A DNA stretch of 12,353 nt from assembly GCA_024404275.1 (NCBI GenBank), contig JAKSQG010000035.1:1-12353 (forward strand), in the 5' to 3' direction. Positions 1 to 8,133 of the stretch are shown piece by piece. A program made the position numbers and the translations under genes. This DNA comes from Clostridia bacterium (lineage in GTDB: Bacteria; Bacillota; Clostridia; Christensenellales; Aristaeellaceae). Numbering within the stretch: the first letter of the stretch is position 1; each line of letters begins with the position of its first letter. The notes beneath the pieces are model-generated. The model was not told where the DNA came from. It did no database searches and saw nothing but the letters and a program-made list of their open reading frames with translations.

Positions 1-49
1 TCATTTCCAAAGGTGAATCTTTTTCACTTTGAAATGGTGCTTTTCCTGT

Positions 50-86
50 AAAAACAGAGGGAATCATGTCAAACATGATTCCCTCT
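50..86 (-). terminator. Rho-independent terminator closing the peptide ABC operon
   Basis: Perfect 13-bp inverted repeat AGAGGGAATCATG (56-68) / CATGATTCCCTCT (74-86) with a 5-nt loop. It begins 6 nt beyond the TAA (93-95) of the ATPase gene on the minus strand and is followed on that strand by a TTTTT run (50-54). Confidence 0.75.
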
Positions 87-92
87 TTATGA

Positions 93-2192
93 TTATTTGT
101 TTTCCTTGGTGAGGTTCTCGCGGTAGCCGTCCAGTTCCTTCTCGTTGCCGTAAACAAAGTGACCGGGCAGGATCTCGCACCAGATGGGCTTATCCACGCT
201 GTAGTCATGCTGCGTGGGATCGTACACCAGCAGCTTCTTGTTGCGCTCGAGGTAGGGATTGGGGTTAGGCACAGCGGAAAGCAGCGCCTGCGTATAGGGA
301 TGCAGCGGATGACGGAAGAGTTCTTCCGCTTCAGCCAGCTCCACGATACGACCCTTGTGGATAACGGCGATACGGTCGGAAATGAAGCGCACCACGCTCA
401 GGTCATGAGCAATGAACAGATAGGTCAGGGAGCGCTTCTTTTTCAGCTCGTTGAGCAGGTTCAGCACCTGCGCGCGGATGGACACGTCCAGAGCGGAGAT
501 GGGCTCGTCCGCCACGATAAATTCAGGCTCCATGATCAGGCTGCGGGCGATACCGATGCGCTGACGCTGACCGCCGCTGAACTCATGCGGGAAACGGCTG
601 GAGAACTCCGGCAGCAGACCTACCTCATCCAGCGCGTGGCTCACCTTCGCGGCGCGCTCGGCCTCATCCTTGTACATGTGATGGTTGATGATGCCTTCGG
701 AAACGATGTAGTCAACCTTGGCACGTTCATTCAGTGAAGCCATGGGATCCTGGAAGATCATCTGGCAGCTGCGGATCACCTTCTTATCCAGTTCCTTGCT
801 GATCTTGCCGCTGATGCGCTCGCCCTTGAACAGCACTTCGCCGCCCGTGACGGGGTTGATACGCACAATGGCACGGCCAATGGTGGTTTTACCGGAGCCG
901 GATTCACCCACCAGAGAGAAAGTCTCGCCGCGGTAGATGGTAAAGTTGACATCGTCCACAGCCACAAACTTCTTCTTGCCGCTGCCAAAGCTGACCTGCA
1001 GGTTCTTGACCTCGATCAGGGGCTCACGGTTGGGATCCTCATGCGGATGCTTCAGTTCCTTGACGTTGCCGAAGTTACCGTTCTGCTGCTCAGCCAGACG
1101 CTTGATGGTGTCGGGCTGATCGATCTGCGGAGCACGCGGGTCCATCAGCCAGGTCTTGGCCTGATGGGTGGGCGTCACGTCATAGTTCGGCGGCTCTTCC
1201 AGGAAGTCGATGTTCAGGGCGTTATGGTTGCGGGGCGCAAAGGAATCGCCCTGGATCTTATTGAACAGGTTCGGAGGGGTACCGTCGATGGCGGGCAGCT
1301 TCTCGCCCTTGATGCCCAGCTGCGGCAGCGCGCTGAGCAGCGCCCAGGTGTAGGGATGGCGGGGATCGAAGAAGACTTCGTTCGCCAGACCGGTCTCAAT
1401 GATCTGACCGGCATACATGACCGCCACACGGTCCGCCACATTGGCCACCACACCCAGGACATGGGTGATGTAAATGATGGTCATATGGTTATCGGCCTGC
1501 AGCTTGCGGATCAGGTCAAGGATCTGCGCCTGAATGGTCACGTCCAGAGCAGTGGTGGGCTCGTCGCAGATCAGAATCTGCGGCTTGCAGGCCACGGCGA
1601 TGGCGATAACGGCTCTCTGGCGCATGCCGCCGGAGAACTCATGCGGATACTGCTTATAGCGCTTCTCGGGGAAAGGAATGCCCACCTCGCCCAGCAGACG
1701 GATGGTTTCCTCCTTGGCGGCCTTGCCGTGCAGACCCTGATTGAGTTCCACAGCTTCCTGAATCTGCTTACCGACCGTTTTGAGGGGGTTCAGGCTGGTC
1801 ATGGGGTCCTGCGTCACCATGGCGATGCGCTTGCCGCGGATGCCCTGCCATTCCTTTTCAGTGGTCAGCTTGGTCAGGTCGATACCGTCATACATGATGG
1901 AGCCGTTGGCGATGCGACCATTTTTATCCAGCATGCCCACGAACAATTTGGTAAATACGCTCTTACCGGAACCGGATTCACCTACGATAGCCAGCGTCTC
2001 GCCTTCATAAAGATCCAGAGAGCATCCGCGGATGGCCTTCAGTTTCTGGCCGCGCAGGGTGAATTCAACCTCCACGTCCTTGGCGGAAAGCAGCGGCTCG
2101 CTGGACAGCATCTGACGGCTCAGCTCTTCAAAGCGGGACGCAGTCTTCGCGTTTGAACCGGCTTGTTTGCTTGAAATGATTCTTTCGCTCAT
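93..2192 (-). CDS. Fused tandem ABC ATPase of an Opp/Dpp-type peptide importer (OppD-OppF fusion, GsiA-like architecture)
   Basis: 699-aa ORF with ATG start, TAA stop, and GGAGG 6 nt upstream of the start. Two complete nucleotide-binding domains: Walker A GESGSGKS and GESGSGKT, signatures FSGGMRQR and FSGGQRQR, Walker [13 protein letters not shown] and [13 protein letters not shown]-loops ITH and IAH. Both halves carry the oligopeptide-type C-terminal HPYT motif ([25 protein letters not shown]). Confidence 0.93.
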   Translation of the reverse strand: MSERIISSKQAGSNAKTASRFEELSRQMLSSEPLLSAKDVEVEFTLRGQKLKAIRGCSLDLYEGETLAIVGESGSGKSVFTKLFVGMLDKNGRIANGSIMYDGIDLTKLTTEKEWQGIRGKRIAMVTQDPMTSLNPLKTVGKQIQEAVELNQGLHGKAAKEETIRLLGEVGIPFPEKRYKQYPHEFSGGMRQRAVIAIAVACKPQILICDEPTTALDVTIQAQILDLIRKLQADNHMTIIYITHVLGVVANVADRVAVMYAGQIIETGLANEVFFDPRHPYTWALLSALPQLGIKGEKLPAIDGTPPNLFNKIQGDSFAPRNHNALNIDFLEEPPNYDVTPTHQAKTWLMDPRAPQIDQPDTIKRLAEQQNGNFGNVKELKHPHEDPNREPLIEVKNLQVSFGSGKKKFVAVDDVNFTIYRGETFSLVGESGSGKTTIGRAIVRINPVTGGEVLFKGERISGKISKELDKKVIRSCQMIFQDPMASLNERAKVDYIVSEGIINHHMYKDEAERAAKVSHALDEVGLLPEFSSRFPHEFSGGQRQRIGIARSLIMEPEFIVADEPISALDVSIRAQVLNLLNELKKKRSLTYLFIAHDLSVVRFISDRIAVIHKGRIVELAEAEELFRHPLHPYTQALLSAVPNPNPYLERNKKLLVYDPTQHDYSVDKPIWCEILPGHFVYGNEKELDGYRENLTKENK

Positions 2193-2204
2193 AAGCTGCC
2201 TCCT

Positions 2205-3275
2205 TTATCTGTGATTCCTGGGGTCGCACGCGTCAGAGAAGGCGTTGCCCACGAGGTAGAAAGTAATGGTGATAACGGATACAATGGCGGCCGGGAAGAT
2301 CAGAATGTAGGGATAGCTCATAAACAGGGAGCGGGCATTTCTGAGCAGAATGCCCAGAGAAGGCGTTTCCACACTGATCAGGCCCAGGTAAGCCAGAGTG
2401 GTCTCGTAAGCGATGGTGCCGGGGATGGCCAGGGCCAGGCGCAGCACGACCACGCTGATGAGGTACGGGAAAATGTTCTTCCACAGCGTGCGGGGCAGCG
2501 AGGTGCCCAGGCAGCGGGAAGCCAGGTTGTACTCACGGTCACGATACATGAACACCAGGTTACGCACGTTGCGGGCGGTGCCCAGCCAGCCGAAGGCGAT
2601 GAGCGCGCCGCCGATGACAAGGTAGGATTTACCGATCATCAGGGCAATCAGCGTCATGTAAATGATGGTGGGAATGTTATCGATCAGGTTGTACAGCTCG
2701 GTCATGGGGCGGTCCAGCTTGCGCACATAGCCCCACAGCAGACCCATCACCGTACCCAGCAGAATCTGACCGCCGGCAACGCTGATGGCCAGCAGGATGG
2801 ACAGGCGGGTGGCGTACCACACCTGGCACCAGTAGTCAGCGCCCAGAGAGTCGGTACCAAACCAGTAATCGGAGTTGGGAGCGATAAACGCGTTCTTGGT
2901 GTCATAGCGCAGGGCGGTAACATCGTATCTGCTGATGAGCGGCGCCACAAAGGTGAACACAAACAGCAGCACGAACACGATCAGCATAACGACGGCGCTC
3001 TTCTTTTTCAAGAAGTTCTGCCACACGCTCTTCCAGTAGGAGTACTGGCTGTAGCCGGTGCGCTCAGCATCCTGATAGTGATACTCCGCACGGGCAAACA
3101 GCTGATCTTCCGGCAGTTCGGAGCGTTTTTTCACGTGCGGACGGCCTTTTTCAAACACCTTTTCATCCGTGTTGAACTTATTGGGATCGGGACCGTCAAT
3201 AACGGCATCGCGGTTACCATTTTCGGGGTTGATGCCCTTGACAACGATATCCTTGAATGTTTTCTTGTTCGACAT
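2205..3275 (-). CDS. Opp/Dpp-type ABC permease, OppC-like subunit
   Basis: 356-aa ORF with TAA stop. Its start lies 1 nt after the upstream permease stop (TGA-T-ATG) and is preceded by GGGAGG. It has the OppC_N-like SYWKSVWQNFLKKK segment before TM1, multiple hydrophobic helices, and a typical BPD-transporter C-terminal half. The N-terminal cytoplasmic tail is about 55 aa longer than in E. coli OppC. Confidence 0.88.
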   Translation of the reverse strand: MSNKKTFKDIVVKGINPENGNRDAVIDGPDPNKFNTDEKVFEKGRPHVKKRSELPEDQLFARAEYHYQDAERTGYSQYSYWKSVWQNFLKKKSAVVMLIVFVLLFVFTFVAPLISRYDVTALRYDTKNAFIAPNSDYWFGTDSLGADYWCQVWYATRLSILLAISVAGGQILLGTVMGLLWGYVRKLDRPMTELYNLIDNIPTIIYMTLIALMIGKSYLVIGGALIAFGWLGTARNVRNLVFMYRDREYNLASRCLGTSLPRTLWKNIFPYLISVVVLRLALAIPGTIAYETTLAYLGLISVETPSLGILLRNARSLFMSYPYILIFPAAIVSVITITFYLVGNAFSDACDPRNHR

Positions 3276-3276
3276 A

Positions 3277-4686
3277 TCAGCGGGTACCTCCCTTCTTGGT
3301 CAGGCTGATTCTGGGATCCAGCACGCCCATGAGCAGGTCGCCCAGGAAAGTACCGATGATGCCCATCGCGGCATAGAACAGTACGATCGCCTGTACCAGG
3401 TTGGTATCATAGCGGGAAATGGCCAGCGTCAGCAGGGGGCCCATACCGGGAACGGAGAAGAAGCTTTCCGCCAGCAGGGAGCCGCCCACCGTCAGCAGGA
3501 TGTTGTAGGGCAGGTACTGTGCCAGAGGCAGGAAGGCGTTTTTCATCACGTGACGGAACATGACCTGCGTGGTGGTCAGACCTTTCAGCTGTGCCAGACG
3601 GATGTAATCCTTGTTGAGTTCATCCACCATGTAGCGGCGCATCCACAGCATATAGGAAGCAATGGAGCCCATCGCCAGACACAGGATCGGCGGAATGGAG
3701 GATTCCAGCGGCGTTGCCGCACGGTAGGTCATGGGCAGCTTGAACAGTGCGGCGCAGACATACATGATCAGCGTATAGCTGACCAGATGCGGCACGGCGT
3801 TGACAAAGATGGTGTAACCGGTACCAATCTGATCCAGCAAACCACCCTTGAAGCGTGCCTGCAGGATACCCAGCACAACGCCTACCACCAGGGCCAGTGC
3901 CAGAGAGCACAGACCCAGCACCATGGAGACGGGGAATTTTTCCATGATGACCTTGATGACCGACACACCGTGCTGAATGCGGTAGCTGTCACCCAGGGAG
4001 AAATGCAGCGTATAGTTGAAAGGATTGAGGTGGTTCAGCACATTGGCAAAACCGGAAGTACTGGTGGTAAGTGTCATTCCTTTCACTTTCGCGCCGATCT
4101 CGGTACGGATGTTTTCATTCAGGGTCGCGGTGAACGCTTCGGCAATATCGTTGCCGCAGGCCTTCTTGGCATCCTTGAGCAAAGTGCCCAGCGCCTTATC
4201 GGCGCACTGGCTGTACACAGACTCCAGAATGGCCGCGTCATCCGCGTCCTTTATTGCAAGCGCCGACGCGGTGATGCGTTCCACAACCGTCTGCGTCAGC
4301 ACCTTATCATTCATCTTTGTAATTTCCTTGGCAGCGGCATCCGAATCGGTATAATACTGGTTGATGGTCTTTTCCACCGCGGTGTGAAGTCCATCCACTG
4401 CGCCGGCGGCAAGCTCCACGCTGATGCGCGCCGACTGAGCGCTGTCATAGGTATATTCGATGCGGAACATTTGCGCATAGAAATTTTTCAGCTGAACAAA
4501 GGGATTATCCAGCAGACCGGCAGAGTTCAGCTTATCGATTTTCTGCGAGTCGGTCAGCTTGATCAGTTCATCTTCGGTGAAGAAATAATCGGTGGGCATC
4601 AGTCTCATCAGCAGAAATACCACGCTGACAATAACAAACAGCGTGATAAGAGACTGAAGCATTCTTTTGAGAATGTATTTGATCAT
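3277..4686 (-). CDS. Opp/Dpp-type ABC permease, OppB-like subunit with an enlarged first external loop
   Basis: 469-aa ORF with TGA stop and GAAGGAG 8 nt upstream of ATG. The N-terminus MIKYILKRMLQSLITLFVIVSVVFLLMRLMP is collinear with OppB/DppB. The GDxxxS-type motif (FSLGDSYRI) and the conserved permease core (IRLAQLKGL, LLAESFFSVPGMG) are present. About 150 extra residues (aa 76-228) sit between TM1 and the GD motif. Confidence 0.9.
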   Translation of the reverse strand: MIKYILKRMLQSLITLFVIVSVVFLLMRLMPTDYFFTEDELIKLTDSQKIDKLNSAGLLDNPFVQLKNFYAQMFRIEYTYDSAQSARISVELAAGAVDGLHTAVEKTINQYYTDSDAAAKEITKMNDKVLTQTVVERITASALAIKDADDAAILESVYSQCADKALGTLLKDAKKACGNDIAEAFTATLNENIRTEIGAKVKGMTLTTSTSGFANVLNHLNPFNYTLHFSLGDSYRIQHGVSVIKVIMEKFPVSMVLGLCSLALALVVGVVLGILQARFKGGLLDQIGTGYTIFVNAVPHLVSYTLIMYVCAALFKLPMTYRAATPLESSIPPILCLAMGSIASYMLWMRRYMVDELNKDYIRLAQLKGLTTTQVMFRHVMKNAFLPLAQYLPYNILLTVGGSLLAESFFSVPGMGPLLTLAISRYDTNLVQAIVLFYAAMGIIGTFLGDLLMGVLDPRISLTKKGGTR

Positions 4687-4766
4687 AAGCAGGGCTCCTT
4701 CGAGGTGATTGAGGCACGGGAAGAGCAGTCAACGCTTCTGCCTGCTATTCAATAAAAATGACTTGT

Positions 4767-4802
4767 GGCAGACGGCTCTCCCTTGTGGGAAAGCCGTCTG
4801 CC
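4767..4802 (-). terminator. Intra-operon stem-loop after the binding-protein gene (partial terminator or mRNA stabiliser)
   Basis: GGCAGACGGCT (4767-4777) pairs with AGCCGTCTGCC (4792-4802), and inner TCCC/GGGA pairing extends the stem. It lies 32 nt downstream of the SBP stop on the minus strand. The T-run (TTTTT) is displaced about 9 nt from the stem, so it is not a canonical strong terminator. Confidence 0.5.
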
Positions 4803-4834
4803 GTACGCAGTAAGGTTATTCGCTTAAGAAGGGA

Positions 4835-6739
4835 TTATTCCGCAGCTTCGTAAGCAGCCTTGAAGGCTTCGTATTCAGCGGTGGTGTACAGCTCGGTGCT
4901 GGTCTCCCAGTTCTCGTAGCGATAAGCGGAAATGCCGTAAGCAGCATAGATCTTGGTGTAGTCATTGACCTTGGTCAGCTGCCAGGACACATCGATGTAG
5001 CAGGGGATGGTCAGGGCATGAGCCACGAAGTAGGCTTCGGCCTTGGCGAAGGCATCATAGCGGGCATCCAGATCAGTGGTGATGTCGCGGCCTTCGGCAA
5101 CCATGGCGGTGTACTCTTCATAGGTGGCGATCAGGGCGGCGGCGGTGGGATCATCGGCGCGCTCATTGATCTTGGAGTAGCTCACAGAGTAGTAAGCGTT
5201 GTCCTCACCGTAGGTCTCCTGACCAACGAAGTTGACGGGATCGCCGAAGTCAGCGCCCCAACCGTTGATGTAGAAGGAAGCATAGGAGGGCTTACGGACT
5301 TCATTGGCCAGAGAAGAAACGTAGGTCTGGATGGTGAAGTTGATGTAATCCTCACCCAGGCAATCGGCGAAGATCTGCTGCAGCACCTTGGCGGTCTCGG
5401 CAGCGGTGGTGGAGGAACCGGAGATGTAGTAGCGAACTTCGATGGGGAAGCTCACGCCCAGAGCGGTCAGCTCTTCCATGGCCTGAGCCTTGTACTGAGC
5501 AGCCAGTTCGGGGTTGACACGAGCAGTGGTGTTCTCTTCGCCCAGGTAGGAAGCGACCATGTTGGCATAGTCCACACCCTGGCTGTTAACAGCAACGCCC
5601 AGACCGGTGTAGGTGTAGTTCTCGCACTTCTGGGGGTTGATGGGGTTGGTGCGCTCCAGGTACTTGGTCAGATCCAGGCCGTGCAGCCAGGACATACGGA
5701 AGGCCTCGTTCGCAATGGCGGTGTTCCAAGCGGTATCGGGGGTGTTGTCCAGGTTGTTGACGTTGTAGCACAGGTGCATCTGGTAGGAGTACTTGGTAGG
5801 ACGGGCTTCCACCAGGTTGTTGTAGTAGGGGTTGTTGGTGTCGTTGTAGATGGTCATCAGCTTGCTCTGGCTCAGAGCGGTGTAATCCAGCTGGCCGTTG
5901 GTGAACAGCTCGTAGGCCTTATCGGCGGATTCAACCATGGTGATGACGACTTCGTCGAACAGGTCGGCGTCTTCGTTCCAGTACAGGGGGTTGCGGGTCA
6001 GGGTCTTTTCAGAGCCGTTGTTGTAGCTGGTCACGGTGTAGGGACCGGAGTACCACAGATCGGCAGGAGACACAGACTGGGTGCCTTCCACGCCCAGCTC
6101 GTCGACCATGCCCTGGGGCAGGGGATACAGGCAAGCATAGGTGCAGACAGAGGCGAAATAGGGGGTGGGAGCGAAGCAGGTGAACTCGAGGGTGTACTCG
6201 TCCAGAGCCTTGATACCGACCTTGGCGAATTCCTCATTGTCATACAGCAGGGCTTCGGCGGCAGCGGTATCGCTCTCGGCCAGGGCCTTGGTGTAGGCAT
6301 AGTAGTCTTCGGTGCCAACCAGAGTCTCAAACAGCATGGAGGTGTTGGTGGCAGCGTTCTTGGCATAGTTCAGGGTCCATTCCACGCCGGTCATCCAGTC
6401 GGCGGTGGTCACGTCGCCCTTGTACTCGCCGTTGGCGTCGACCCAGCTCATATCCTCACGGATCTTGAAGGTCCACACGGTGGCGTCGTCGTTGGAGCTC
6501 CAGCTCTCAGCGGCCAGGCCCACCAGGCTGCCCTGGTTGTTGTTGTAAACCAGACCATCCAGGCAGTTGTTCAGGACGTTCAGTTCCTTGGCGCCCTGAG
6601 ACATCTGGATCAGCCAGTACTCCATTTCGTTCGCGGTGGTCTGATAGTCATGATACACATTCAGCTTTTCAGCGGAGACAACGCCCACGCAGCTGAGGAT
6701 CATGGCCAGAACCAGCACGAGAGAAGCAAACTTCTTCAT
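4835..6739 (-). CDS. Extracellular peptide/solute-binding protein, ABC family 5 (OppA/DppA-like)
   Basis: 634-aa ORF with TAA stop and AGGAGG 8 nt upstream of ATG. The N-terminal signal sequence MKKFASLVLVLAMILSCVGVVSAEK contains either a near-lipobox (ILSC) or a VSA/EK signal peptidase I site. Size, composition and position as first gene of an Opp-type operon fit a family-5 SBP. Confidence 0.85.
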   Translation of the reverse strand: MKKFASLVLVLAMILSCVGVVSAEKLNVYHDYQTTANEMEYWLIQMSQGAKELNVLNNCLDGLVYNNNQGSLVGLAAESWSSNDDATVWTFKIREDMSWVDANGEYKGDVTTADWMTGVEWTLNYAKNAATNTSMLFETLVGTEDYYAYTKALAESDTAAAEALLYDNEEFAKVGIKALDEYTLEFTCFAPTPYFASVCTYACLYPLPQGMVDELGVEGTQSVSPADLWYSGPYTVTSYNNGSEKTLTRNPLYWNEDADLFDEVVITMVESADKAYELFTNGQLDYTALSQSKLMTIYNDTNNPYYNNLVEARPTKYSYQMHLCYNVNNLDNTPDTAWNTAIANEAFRMSWLHGLDLTKYLERTNPINPQKCENYTYTGLGVAVNSQGVDYANMVASYLGEENTTARVNPELAAQYKAQAMEELTALGVSFPIEVRYYISGSSTTAAETAKVLQQIFADCLGEDYINFTIQTYVSSLANEVRKPSYASFYINGWGADFGDPVNFVGQETYGEDNAYYSVSYSKINERADDPTAAALIATYEEYTAMVAEGRDITTDLDARYDAFAKAEAYFVAHALTIPCYIDVSWQLTKVNDYTKIYAAYGISAYRYENWETSTELYTTAEYEAFKAAYEAAE

Positions 6740-6799
6740 AGCAGATTCCTCCTATAGAGAAAAATAGTATTACCACAGAGTATTTCTGTGATAGCGTAA

Positions 6800-6828
6800 A
6801 TTATAAAGAAATTTGCAGTTTTCGTCAA
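6800..6828 (-). promoter_or_regulatory. Sigma-70/SigA-type promoter of the peptide ABC operon
   Basis: On the minus strand: TTGACG (6828-6823), a 17-nt spacer, then TATAAT (6805-6800). This sits about 60 nt upstream of the SBP start codon in AT-rich DNA. Confidence 0.65.
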
Positions 6829-6859
6829 GCATTTTCGCAAAGAGTTCCGTCGAAAATGC
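6829..6859. promoter_or_regulatory. 9-bp perfect inverted repeat abutting the -35 box (candidate regulator site)
   Basis: GCATTTTCG (6829-6837) and CGAAAATGC (6851-6859) are separated by 13 nt. The repeat lies immediately upstream of the -35 hexamer of the opp-type promoter. Confidence 0.4.
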
Positions 6860-6929
6860 CATCCTTTAAGACTTTTGTAATGTTTTTTTGTTGTATATGC
6901 ATTTTTTCAAATGCAATAATCCATACTGC

Positions 6930-6958
6930 TTGTCAAATCCCCCTTTTCAGTGTATGAT
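6930..6958 (+). promoter_or_regulatory. Sigma-70/SigA-type promoter of the membrane-protein/dipeptidase operon
   Basis: TTGTCA (6930-6935), a 17-nt spacer, then TATGAT (6953-6958). These are followed by GGGAGG (6972-6977) and ATG at 6983. Confidence 0.55.
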
Positions 6959-6982
6959 GGAACCGTGTTATGGGAGGTCAGA

Positions 6983-7399
6983 ATGAAAAACAAACTGAAA
7001 GAAAATTTTACCCGTGTGATCATCCGTCCCACCATCTATATGACGCTCACACGCTTTCCCGTTGCCCTGCTCATCGTGCTGCTGGCGGATTTTTTCCTGC
7101 CCACCTCGCTTACCCGCATCAAAACCAACGGCTGCGCCTTCTTCGGCGTGCTGTTTCTGCTGATGGCCTGGGTGGCGTGGCTGCGCATGGACGGCATGCA
7201 TCTTCCCAAGCCCATGATGATGCGCCTTAACCTACGCAAAAAGCCGATGATCTCCTCCTATGGAGATATGATCGACCACATCGATGAGCGCCCCGAAGCC
7301 TTCGAGGACCTTCAGGAGGGCGAAAAAGACGCCTGCTGCCTGATTGCCGACCTCATCTGTGCCGCGGCGATGATCATCATTTCCCTTTATATTGTCTGA
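6983..7399 (+). CDS. Small integral membrane protein of unknown function
   Basis: I trimmed the ORF track entry 6950-7399 to the ATG at 6983. That ATG has GGGAGG 5 nt upstream, whereas the GTG at 6950 lies inside the predicted promoter spacer. The product is 138 aa with a TGA stop. It has three hydrophobic segments (FPVALLIVLLADFFLP, CAFFGVLFLLMAWVAWL, CCLIADLICAAAMIIISLYIV) and an acidic loop. I recognise no family motif. Confidence 0.6.
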   Translation: MKNKLKENFTRVIIRPTIYMTLTRFPVALLIVLLADFFLPTSLTRIKTNGCAFFGVLFLLMAWVAWLRMDGMHLPKPMMMRLNLRKKPMISSYGDMIDHIDERPEAFEDLQEGEKDACCLIADLICAAAMIIISLYIV

Positions 7400-7418
7400 A
7401 AGAGCAGGGTGAAAACGC

Positions 7419-8060
7419 ATGATGTTTTCCAATGACGCCTCCGGATTTGTGTCGCTTTCGCATTTTCTGCCATCGATTCTGTGCGAGATCCGTTATCATT
7501 CTTCCTATAATTTTATAGGCGACCGCATCGACGGCTATGAGGAGCCTTTGGCGCTTGCTACCCGTGAAGCCGCCGAAGCGCTGAAAAAAGCCGCCGCCCT
7601 TGCCGCCGCGAAGGGATATATCTTCAAAGTGTATGATGCCTATCGCCCGCAATGCGCGGTGGATCATTTTGTGCGTTGGGCAGAGGACACCGCCGATACG
7701 CGCATGAAAAGCGTTTTCTATCCCGACGTCAATAAAAAAGACCTGTTTTCACAGGGCTTTATTGCCAGGCACTCCGGTCACAGCCGCGGCAGCACCATCG
7801 ACCTGACGCTGTTTGACATCGCCGCGGGCAAGGAAGTGGATATGGGCGGACCATTCGACTTTTTCGGTCCTCTCTCCCACCCCGATCACACCGAAGGGCT
7901 GACCGGAGAGCAATACAACCACCGTCAGCTGCTGCGCGGCTTCATGCTGGACAGCGGCTTCCGTCCCCTTTCCACCGAGTGGTGGCACTTCACCCTCGAC
8001 AACGAGCCCTATCCTGATACCTATTTCACCTTTCCCGTCCGCATGGATTCATTGAGATAA
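7419..8060 (+). CDS. ddpX: D-alanyl-D-alanine dipeptidase, VanX/DdpX family (M15D zinc peptidase)
   Basis: 213-aa ORF with TAA stop, collinear with VanX over its full length. The substrate-binding Arg context is YDAYRP. The zinc ligands and catalytic residues sit in SGHSRGSTIDLTL (His, Asp) and EWWHF (Glu, His). The C-terminal EPYPDTYFTFPV matches the VanX EPYPNSYFDFPV. Confidence 0.9.
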   Translation: MMFSNDASGFVSLSHFLPSILCEIRYHSSYNFIGDRIDGYEEPLALATREAAEALKKAAALAAAKGYIFKVYDAYRPQCAVDHFVRWAEDTADTRMKSVFYPDVNKKDLFSQGFIARHSGHSRGSTIDLTLFDIAAGKEVDMGGPFDFFGPLSHPDHTEGLTGEQYNHRQLLRGFMLDSGFRPLSTEWWHFTLDNEPYPDTYFTFPVRMDSLR

Positions 8061-8092
8061 TCGGCAAGGGGAACCAATCGCACATAATAATA

Positions 8093-8128
8093 AAGACGAG
8101 CAAGCCTGTTGAAGCTGCTGCCCGTCTT
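8093..8128. terminator. Bidirectional rho-independent terminator between the convergent ddpX-like and trmO genes
   Basis: Imperfect GC-rich stem AAGACGAGCAAGC ... GCTGCTGCCCGTCTT. It is followed by TTTTTGTTTATT on the plus strand and by a T-rich CTTTATTATTAT tract on the minus strand. It sits 5 nt beyond the trmO stop. Confidence 0.6.
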
Positions 8129-8133
8129 TTTGT

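Noticed and set aside
1-49. Possible gene end or imperfect inverted repeat at the extreme left edge (TTCCAAAGGTGAA...TTCACTTTGAAA).
   Set aside because: The stretch is too short and too imperfect to interpret, and the flanking sequence is missing.
4835-6739. Calling the binding protein a lipoprotein.
   Set aside because: The candidate lipobox ILSC has Leu at -2, which is non-canonical, and a plausible signal peptidase I site (VSA/EK) follows. Anchoring mode is left undecided.
1041-6757. Long plus-strand ORFs antisense to the transporter genes (1041-2156, 2211-3308, 3169-4755, 5018-6757).
   Set aside because: All are shadow ORFs of strongly supported minus-strand genes. They have Gly/Val/His/Gln/Arg-rich low-complexity translations, no RBS and no family motifs.
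6950-6982. GTG start at 6950 for the membrane protein.
   Set aside because: It lies inside the predicted promoter spacer/-10 region and has no RBS. The ATG at 6983 is preceded by GGGAGG at proper spacing.
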